This document shows positions 47,868-55,340 of a DNA stretch of 58,736 nucleotides, piece after piece (position 1 is the stretch's first letter; each line of letters opens with the position of its first letter). The notes beneath the pieces were generated by a model. The model was not told where the DNA came from. It did not search any database and saw only the letters and a list, made by a program, of their open reading frames with translations. The position numbers and the translations under genes were made by a program. The DNA is from Bryobacteraceae bacterium. GTDB lineage: Bacteria > Acidobacteriota > Terriglobia > Bryobacterales > Bryobacteraceae. Location of the stretch: positions 1-58,736 of the forward strand of contig JBDTMC010000001.1 in the NCBI GenBank assembly GCA_039934475.1, given 5' to 3'.

Positions 47868-50678
47868 ATGAAAGTTACGGCAATCGTCATTCTTGCCGCC
47901 ACCCTCAGCTGTCTCCACGCCCAGGAAGGCTTCCAGATCGTCGAGCGATGTACGGCCTGCCACAGCGGCGCGAAGCCCGCGGCCGGACTCAACCTCACCA
48001 ACCGCCCCGGTGCCCTCGCCGGCGGACGCTCCGGTCCCGCTCTTATCCCACAGGACGCCGCCGCCAGCCGCATCTATCAAATGGCGGCCGCCGGCAAAAT
48101 GCCTCCCGGTTCACCGCTCTCGAAGGCGGAACTCGCGTCACTGAAATCCTGGATCGACGCCGGAGCCGAATGGCGCAAGACCGAGAGTAAGCGTGCCGGC
48201 CCCGATTGGTGGTCGCTACAACCGTTGAAGCCGCCGGCCGAAGACTCCATCGACGCCATACTTACTAAGCGCCTCGCCGCCAAGGGTCTCGCGCTCTCCC
48301 CGCCGGCATCCCGCGCCATCCTGCTCCGCCGCGCCACCTTCGACCTTCACGGTCTTCCCCCAACGCCGGAGGAGATCGCCGACTTTGACAGGGACAAGTC
48401 CCCGCAAGCCTGGGATCACGTGATTGACCGCCTGCTGGCATCGCCCCGGTATGGCGAGCGTTGGGCGCGCCACTGGCTCGACGTCGCCCGCTTCTGTGAG
48501 AGCCAGGGTTATGAGCGCGACAAAGTCCGCACCAACATCTGGCAATACCGCGACTATCTCATTCGCGCCTTCAACAACGACAAACCCTATCCTCAGTTCG
48601 TTCGTGAACAACTCGCCGGAGACGTTCTAACCCCAGTTACTCTCGACGGCATCGCCGCCACCGCCTTCCTCGTCGCCGGACCGTGGGATGAGGTGGGCAA
48701 CGAACAGCAAAGCGCCATCATGAAGGCGCGCGTTCGCGAAGACGAATTCGAAGATCTGATCGGCACTGTCAGCCAGACCTTCCTTGGCCTCACCACCAAC
48801 TGCGCCCGCTGCCACGATCACAAATTCGATCCCATCGCCCAGCGTGACTACTACGGCATGAAGGCGTTGTTCTCCAGCGTCGCGCCCGCTGACCGCCCCT
48901 TTGAAACTCCTCAGGATCGTCAGCACCGCATCGCGATGCTGAAACCCCACCGGGAACGCATGGAGCAGTGGGACCACCAGATTGCAACCCTCGAAGGCGC
49001 TCCCGCCGAAACGCGCCCCGACGCCCGCTTCACCTTCAACTACGATGCCCGCGACAACGCCGGCAGCCTTCACGGAGAACTGCGCAACGGTGCCCGCGTT
49101 GAAAACGGCAAGCTCATCCTGGCTAAACCCGATCAGTCTGTGCGCTTGCCCGACGTCGCCAGCGAGTGGCGTGAGAAAACCTTCGAGGCCTGGGTGAAAC
49201 TCGCCGACGTCAAGCGCCACGGCCAACAGATCGTCTCTTTTGCAGATCCCTTTGACCGCATCACCGACGGCCTTCAATTCGGAACACGCGGTAAGCCGCG
49301 TTGGGGAACCGATTCCGAATACGACTACCGCACCCACTTGCCTGAAGGTCCCGATGAAACCAGCAGCGCTGCCTTCGTCCACGTCGCCGCGGTTTGGTCT
49401 GCAGACAATTCAATTCGCATCTACCGCGATGGTGTCCTCACCCACTCCTACACGCCGGAACTGAACGGTGGCAAAGGAACTCTTCAGACCTTTCCCGCCG
49501 AGTTCTCCCATCTCACGATAGGAGGAAACACAGTAGGCGAAATCGACGAGATCCGCCTCTACAGGCGCGCCCTCACGGCATCTGAGATCGCCCAGACATT
49601 CGCCAAAGGAACAGCGCCCTATACTGGCATCGGGCTCGCCGAACGAACCCGCCTCATCGCCGAGCAACTGGCCTATCGCAAAGCCAACATCGATACAATC
49701 CCGCAAGTACCCACGATCTTCGCCTTTCACGCACTGCCGCCGCAGCCAATCACAGTCCTCGATCGCGGCGATCCGGCCAAGCCTCGCGATCCTGTCAACC
49801 CTGGCTACATGACGCTCCAACTGACCACCAACGCGCCGGACCCGGAGCGCCGCCTGACCTTCGCGAACTGGATCGTCCAGCAGCCCATCGCCGCCCGCGT
49901 CATGGTCAATCGCGTCTGGCACTATCACTTCGGCCACGGCGTCGCCGGCACTCCCAACGACCTCGGCTTCAACGGCGAAGCCCCCTCGCACCCCGAGCTA
50001 CTCAATTACCTGGCCGCGCGCTTCGGCACCGAAGACGGCTGGAGCCTGAAGAAACTCCATCGCCGCATCATGCTCTCCGCCGCCTACCAACAGTCCGGCC
50101 ACTACAACGAAACCGCCGCTGCGCAGGATCCCGAGAATCGCCTCTTATGGCGTTTCCCACCGAAGCGCCTGGAAGGCGAAGCCGTCCGCGACACCATGCT
50201 CTCCATCACCGGCATGCTCAATCCTGAGATGTATGGCGAGAGCTTCCAGCCCTTTGACATCGTGATTGCCAACTCGCACTTTTACAACCTTAAGGACTCC
50301 GATGAGCCCGCCTTGCGCCGCCGCACCATCTATCGTATGAATGTCCTCTCCGCTCGCCTCCCACTCCTCGAATCTCTCGACTGTCCCGATCCCTCCATGC
50401 GCGCCCCGGCGCGCCCCGTCACTACCACGCCCCTCCAGGCACTTGCACTGATGAACAACTCCTTCGTGATGCGCTACGCCGGGCACCTCGCCCGTAGGGC
50501 GGAACAGGAAGCACCCGGCACGCTGCCCGATCAGATCCGTCTCGTCTATCGCCTTGCCCTCGCGCGCGATCCATCGGCAACCGAACTCAATGAGGCGCAG
50601 GCACTCGCCCATCGCCAGAGCCTCACTTCCTGGTGTTGGACCATGCTTAACTCCAACGAATTCGTCTATGTGGAGTAA
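47868..50678 (+). CDS. PSCyt1 (CxxCH) - DUF1549 - LamG-like - DUF1553 protein
   Basis: Signal peptide, haem motif CTACH, ..FDLHGLPPTPEE..RWARHWLDVARF.. (DUF1549-like), a central jelly-roll-like insert and a C-terminal DUF1553-like region. Confidence 0.85.
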   Translation: MKVTAIVILAATLSCLHAQEGFQIVERCTACHSGAKPAAGLNLTNRPGALAGGRSGPALIPQDAAASRIYQMAAAGKMPPGSPLSKAELASLKSWIDAGAEWRKTESKRAGPDWWSLQPLKPPAEDSIDAILTKRLAAKGLALSPPASRAILLRRATFDLHGLPPTPEEIADFDRDKSPQAWDHVIDRLLASPRYGERWARHWLDVARFCESQGYERDKVRTNIWQYRDYLIRAFNNDKPYPQFVREQLAGDVLTPVTLDGIAATAFLVAGPWDEVGNEQQSAIMKARVREDEFEDLIGTVSQTFLGLTTNCARCHDHKFDPIAQRDYYGMKALFSSVAPADRPFETPQDRQHRIAMLKPHRERMEQWDHQIATLEGAPAETRPDARFTFNYDARDNAGSLHGELRNGARVENGKLILAKPDQSVRLPDVASEWREKTFEAWVKLADVKRHGQQIVSFADPFDRITDGLQFGTRGKPRWGTDSEYDYRTHLPEGPDETSSAAFVHVAAVWSADNSIRIYRDGVLTHSYTPELNGGKGTLQTFPAEFSHLTIGGNTVGEIDEIRLYRRALTASEIAQTFAKGTAPYTGIGLAERTRLIAEQLAYRKANIDTIPQVPTIFAFHALPPQPITVLDRGDPAKPRDPVNPGYMTLQLTTNAPDPERRLTFANWIVQQPIAARVMVNRVWHYHFGHGVAGTPNDLGFNGEAPSHPELLNYLAARFGTEDGWSLKKLHRRIMLSAAYQQSGHYNETAAAQDPENRLLWRFPPKRLEGEAVRDTMLSITGMLNPEMYGESFQPFDIVIANSHFYNLKDSDEPALRRRTIYRMNVLSARLPLLESLDCPDPSMRAPARPVTTTPLQALALMNNSFVMRYAGHLARRAEQEAPGTLPDQIRLVYRLALARDPSATELNEAQALAHRQSLTSWCWTMLNSNEFVYVE

Positions 50679-52088
50679 GTGATGAACACGCGCCGCTCAT
50701 TCCTCTTGGATGTTACTGGCCTCGGCTCCGTCGCGCTCGCCTGGCTGACGCAGCGCGACGCGCCGGCCGCCTCCAACTCCCCATACGCGCCGAAACCGAC
50801 CCACTTCCCGCCCAAGGCCAAACGCGTCATCCAGGTCTTCTGCTGCGGCGGCGTCAGCCACATCGACACACTCGACTACAAACCCGAACTTGTGCGCATG
50901 GACGGTAAGGCCATGACCGGAAAAGGCGAAGTGGATACCTTCTTCGGCAAGCCCGGCAACCTCATGAAGAGTCCGTGGGCCTTCCACCAGTACGGGCAAT
51001 CCGGCCACTGGGTAAGTGACTTACTGCCCCACCTCGCGCAGCGTGTTGACGACATGACGTTCATCCATTCCATGGTGGCCCAAAGTTCCAATCACACACC
51101 CGCCACCTTCCAGATGAACACCGGCTTCCAGCGCAACGGCTTCCCTTGCCTCGGCGCCTGGCTCAGCTATGGTCTCGGCTCTGAGAACGAAGATCTCCCC
51201 GCCTTCATCGTCCTTCCCGATTCGCGCCAGCTGCCCGCTGGAGGCTCCATCAACTGGACCTCCGGCTTTCTGCCGGCCGTCCACCAGGGTGTCGCCTTCC
51301 GTACTAAAGGCGAAGCCATTGTCGACCTTGAAACGCCCTCGGATATCGCACCGGCGCGCCGCACCGACGAGATGGAATTCCTCCACCGCCGCAATGAGGA
51401 ACACCTCGCCGCGCACCCTGGCGATTCCATGCTTGAAGCCCGCATCCACGCCTACGAACTCGCCGCCCGCATGCAAACCAGCGTGCCTGAAGTGACGTCG
51501 CTCGACTCCGAACCCGCCCACATCCAACAGCTCTACGGTCTCGATTCCCCGATCACTGAAGGCTTCGGCCGCAACTGCCTGCTCGCCCGCCGCCTCCTCG
51601 AACGGGGCGTCCGCTTCGTCCAGCTATTTCACGGCGGCGCCTTTGGCTCCCCCCGCATCAACTGGGACGGTCACGAAGACATCGTCGATAACCACAGTAA
51701 GCAAGCCGCCGTTCTCGACAAACCACTGGCGGGACTTCTCGCGGACTTGAAACAGCGCGGCATGCTGCACGACACGCTAGTCGTCTTCAACACCGAGTTC
51801 GGCCGTACGCCCATCACCCAAGGCTTAGGAGAAAAGGGTCGCGACCACCACCCTAACGCCTTCACGTGTTGGATGGCCGGCGCCGGCCTACCCGCCGGAA
51901 CGTCCTATGGCGCGAGCGATGAGATCGGCTGGGGCGTCGCCCAAAACCCGGTCACGGTTTACGATTTCCACGCCACCATCCTCCACTTACTCGGCCTCGA
52001 TCACAAACGGCTTACTTACTACCACAACGGAATTCGCCGCCGCCTGACAGACGTTCACGGCGTCGTGGTCGAAGGAATGCTGGCATAG
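50679..52088 (+). CDS. DUF1501 (sulfatase-fold) protein with twin-arginine-like signal
   Basis: MNTRRSFLLDVTGLGSVALAWL, ..FCCGGVSHIDTLDYKP.., ..GRDHHPNAF.. GTG at 50679 or ATG at 50682, directly after the upstream stop. Confidence 0.85.
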   Translation: MMNTRRSFLLDVTGLGSVALAWLTQRDAPAASNSPYAPKPTHFPPKAKRVIQVFCCGGVSHIDTLDYKPELVRMDGKAMTGKGEVDTFFGKPGNLMKSPWAFHQYGQSGHWVSDLLPHLAQRVDDMTFIHSMVAQSSNHTPATFQMNTGFQRNGFPCLGAWLSYGLGSENEDLPAFIVLPDSRQLPAGGSINWTSGFLPAVHQGVAFRTKGEAIVDLETPSDIAPARRTDEMEFLHRRNEEHLAAHPGDSMLEARIHAYELAARMQTSVPEVTSLDSEPAHIQQLYGLDSPITEGFGRNCLLARRLLERGVRFVQLFHGGAFGSPRINWDGHEDIVDNHSKQAAVLDKPLAGLLADLKQRGMLHDTLVVFNTEFGRTPITQGLGEKGRDHHPNAFTCWMAGAGLPAGTSYGASDEIGWGVAQNPVTVYDFHATILHLLGLDHKRLTYYHNGIRRRLTDVHGVVVEGMLA

Positions 52089-52095
52089 AACACCA

Positions 52096-53430
52096 CTAGA
52101 CGACCTCGATGAGGTCGGGCTTGATAATCGCCCGCGCGGGATCCAATTCCGCCGCGGGTACGAGAAGCTCCATCTTGACAAGTGGCCCGAAGTCGAAGAA
52201 GAGCGAGCGGTAATGGAACGTCCGAATCAGCGAGTCGAAGCCCTGTTTGGCGAGCAGACCGTGCAGGTAGGCAGCGCAGTAGACGTTGTCCATTTCCAGC
52301 AGACAGGCCACGTGATCGCGATGGCGGTGCCGAAAACGCCACTCGGCGACGATGTCGAATCCGAAAGCGACTGCCATTGCCAATCCAGGAAAGCCAAAGA
52401 CGGCAAGTCGAAGATCCAGGTATCTATCGGCCACCGGAAAGCCGGCACCGAATACGGCAAGCAGGGCCGTCGTTAGTATCAGAGATTGGAGGGGAATAAC
52501 GCCCCCTGCCGGCGGTAACACGCCGTGAGGCAAATTCCGGCTTAAGCGACCTCGGCCGCTGAACAGACTGCATGCGCCAAAGCTGAGAGCGACGATTAAG
52601 ACGGCTATCAAAAATAGGTCGATGGGTGATTGCGTTAACCATACAAGAGACGCTAAAACCGACTTTAGCGGCGATAGGAAAGTAATTATGGCGTAGGCCC
52701 AAAGGACGGGGAGAATCCCTTGCGGGAATGCGGGTAGAGTCAACACGGGGATCGATTCCTGCCCGGCGTCGATAAGCGCCGCCTGCTGGCGAAGGGAGAA
52801 CCTCCACACAAGCAATGCGATGGCGGCCAACCAAATTAGGTCCCCCACAACACTCCCAAAGGAGAGGCCAGTCGCCGGGACAGATTTGTAGGCCAGTCCA
52901 AATGCTCGCCACACGGCGTCGTGCAGGAGGATCACGCAGAATCCGTTACCCAGGCCCCAGCGGGAGATGAGCCGGCCAAGGAGGTACGTCAACGCCGTGC
53001 CGGCGCTCAGAGTCGCTATGGTGGACAGGACAAACAGAGGTCCAGGATGGGTTACAAAAACTACACCACCTGGCGGGCTGGCATTTTGCAGGGCTATCGC
53101 GATTGTAAATGCCTGGAATAGAGCGAACCCGAATCCGAATCGAATCGCGAGCGCATTTAGCTTCGCTCGCCCGGCACTCCCGCCTCGACGAAGCTTTCGG
53201 GTGATTGGAAATACGAACGACGATAACTCAATGAAGACGAAGCTGCCAACAAGGGGCGTAACTCCGAGGGCCATGACGCCGAAGCGGAACGCCCCATTCC
53301 AATGTTCCAGGCCGATGCTGTTCACGGCAAGGACAGGAAGCAGAGCGGCAAGCTCCAAAACGGCGAGCAGCGCCAGCGTGACAACGATCCTCATCCACTT
53401 ACTGCCTGCAAACACGGAAGTTCCAACCAT
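52096..53430 (-). CDS. divergent SecY-family paralogue with extra C-terminal soluble (DUF2007-like) domain
   Basis: Hand alignment to E. coli SecY: [51 protein letters not shown] vs [68 protein letters not shown] vs [40 protein letters not shown] vs HLPLKVNMAGVIPAIFAS. About 70 additional C-terminal residues (..[17 protein letters not shown]...[17 protein letters not shown]) follow. Confidence 0.6.
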   Translation of the reverse strand: [444 protein letters not shown]

Positions 53431-53647
53431 GGTTACCTCACAGGGGGCACGCGGTGCCGTGCCCGGCCATTCTCTCCCGTGGAAGCAGCATTCTTGGGAT
53501 TAGCCGAGATCCTCATCTTGGATTCGACGTTGGAGGAAAGCGTACAACAACCATGCCGCTTCTGGCAATAGGGTGAAAATAGACTAAGTAAATTTTCGTG
53601 CCCCGAACGATTGACGCCGCGCCCAGAGTGGAATAACCTACCGGGAT

Positions 53648-54793
53648 ATGTCCAGTCCACTATCACGACGCGACTTCGTTGGTCGCGGAGCCGCCGCGGC
53701 CGCCGCCCTTGCCGGAACAGGCTCCCTTTTTGGCCTGCCGCCGCTTGCTGACGGCGAAACCCTCGTGCCCTTCCTCACTCCGCAAGGGATCAGTGCGGAG
53801 CGGCCCATGGTGCAGTGGGACCAGCTAACGTCATGGATCACGCCTACCAAGGAGTTCTTCTTCGTGGGCCACTATGGCTATCCCGAAACGAAGGCCGAGG
53901 GCTGGACGCTGGACGTCGGCGGCTTCGTACATAAGCCCCGCACTTTCACTCTCGACGAATTGAAGAAGCGCCCCCGGCGCGAGTACACAGCGACGCTGGA
54001 ATGTTCCGGAAACGGCGTCTCGGCGGGCTTTCTTGGCGGCATCGGCAATGCGAAATGGGGAGGCACACTGCTGGCCCCGCTGCTGAAGGAATGTGGCGTC
54101 AAACCCGAAGGCATTGAGGTCGTGTTCTTCGGCAAAGACTCGGGTACGGAGAAGCTCCGCGGCGCCGAGTATGTCCAAAACTTCGGCCGCAGCCTGTCAC
54201 TCGCCGACGCGATGAAGGACAACATCTTACTTGCTTGGGAGATGAACGGAGAAACACTCGACAATAAACACGGGGGCCCGCTCCGCCTGATCGTCCCCGG
54301 CTGGTACGGAGTCGCCTGGACGAAGTGGATGGACCGCATCGAGGTTCACGACCGCCGTTTTGAGAGCCGCTTCATGGGCCGCGACTACGTCACCATCCGC
54401 GGCGAGAAACGTGGTGACCAGACCATCTGGCGCGAACTCTCCGTCGGCAAGATGAATCTTAAATCGATCGTTGCCCGGGTCACCAAACGCCAGGATGGAA
54501 CTCTCACCGTCACCGGAGCCGCCTGGAACGACGGCACTCCGCTCAAGTCGGTAGAACTGAAGATCGACGACGGCCCCTGGGTCGCCACCCGACTCGGCGA
54601 AGGGATGAAGGCCGACCACTGCTGGAAGTTCTTCACTTACGAATGGAAGAACGCCGCCCCCGGCGAACACACGCTTGTATCCAGGGCCACCGACGCCAAG
54701 GGCGCACAACCCGCCGCCGACGACCAACTCATCGCCATGAAAAAGACTTACTGGGAAGCGAACCAGCAATACGCCCGTAAGATCAAGTTGTAG
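53648..54793 (+). CDS. sulfite-oxidase-family molybdopterin oxidoreductase (Tat signal)
   Basis: MSSPLSRRDFVGRGAAAAAALAG; ..ATLECSGNG..; ..GGPLRLIVPGWYGVAWTKW..; C-terminal Mo-co dimerisation-like domain. Confidence 0.88.
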   Translation: MSSPLSRRDFVGRGAAAAAALAGTGSLFGLPPLADGETLVPFLTPQGISAERPMVQWDQLTSWITPTKEFFFVGHYGYPETKAEGWTLDVGGFVHKPRTFTLDELKKRPRREYTATLECSGNGVSAGFLGGIGNAKWGGTLLAPLLKECGVKPEGIEVVFFGKDSGTEKLRGAEYVQNFGRSLSLADAMKDNILLAWEMNGETLDNKHGGPLRLIVPGWYGVAWTKWMDRIEVHDRRFESRFMGRDYVTIRGEKRGDQTIWRELSVGKMNLKSIVARVTKRQDGTLTVTGAAWNDGTPLKSVELKIDDGPWVATRLGEGMKADHCWKFFTYEWKNAAPGEHTLVSRATDAKGAQPAADDQLIAMKKTYWEANQQYARKIKL

Positions 54794-54868
54794 TGTGTCC
54801 CACCGCCACCCGCGACAACCAGTGACACTGTAATCCAGTCAGTTTACGGTTAAATTGTGACCTTGAGG
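54771..54868. repeat. direct repeat R6, copy a (last 7 codons + stop of the oxidoreductase gene and downstream)
   Basis: ACGCCCGTAAGATCAAGTTGTAGTGTGTCCCACCGCC matches 55198-55234 at 35/37 positions. A second block ACTGTAA.TCC...GTGAC.TTGAGG is also shared. Confidence 0.85.
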
Positions 54869-54876
54869 ATTACCCT

Positions 54877-55151
54877 ATGGAGGACATCCTTCCCGAGGTT
54901 GGCCTATCCGTCACATCTACCGCGAAGGCTCTTGGTGTCTCGCGCCAGATGGTTCATGACATCCTGGCCGGGCGCAAGGCGCTGTCCGCCGTCATGTGCC
55001 TAAAGGTATCCCGCTTGTTTGGTAGTACACCGGAATTCTGGATGCGTCTCCAGGCAGATTACGACCTTAAAAAGGCGGCGCAAATAAGAAAGTTATGGAG
55101 CGCGTCGCGCGGATCGTACCGGTCAAATCACCCGCCGAACTCCGCCCCTGA
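54877..55151 (+). pseudogene. higA: HigA-family (XRE HTH) antitoxin remnant, frameshifted, no HigB partner
   Basis: ..GLSVTSTAKALGVSRQMVHDILAGRKALSAVMCLKVSRLFGSTPEFWMRLQADYDL.. The native tail NKKVMERVARIVPVKSPAELRP* is in another frame after the A3 run at 55082-55084. Only 83 nt separate it from the upstream gene, leaving no room for a toxin. Confidence 0.7.
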
Positions 55152-55197
55152 TAGAACTGCGGCTCCCGATCACTTTCTCTTCCACCTCCCCACGCGC

Positions 55198-55299
55198 ACG
55201 CCCGTAAGATCAAGCTGTAGTGTGTCCCGCCGCAGGCTTCGCCGGGTTCTTTCGACACGCTCGCCACGCAGCGCCAAACTGTAAGTCCGTGACTTGAGG
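55198..55299. repeat. direct repeat R6, copy b
   Basis: Contains a non-functional duplicate of the ARKIKL* codons of the oxidoreductase gene. Confidence 0.85.
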
Positions 55300-55340
55300 C
55301 AACAATCAGGCTGGCCCTCAAACTGCCTTCATACCGCCGA

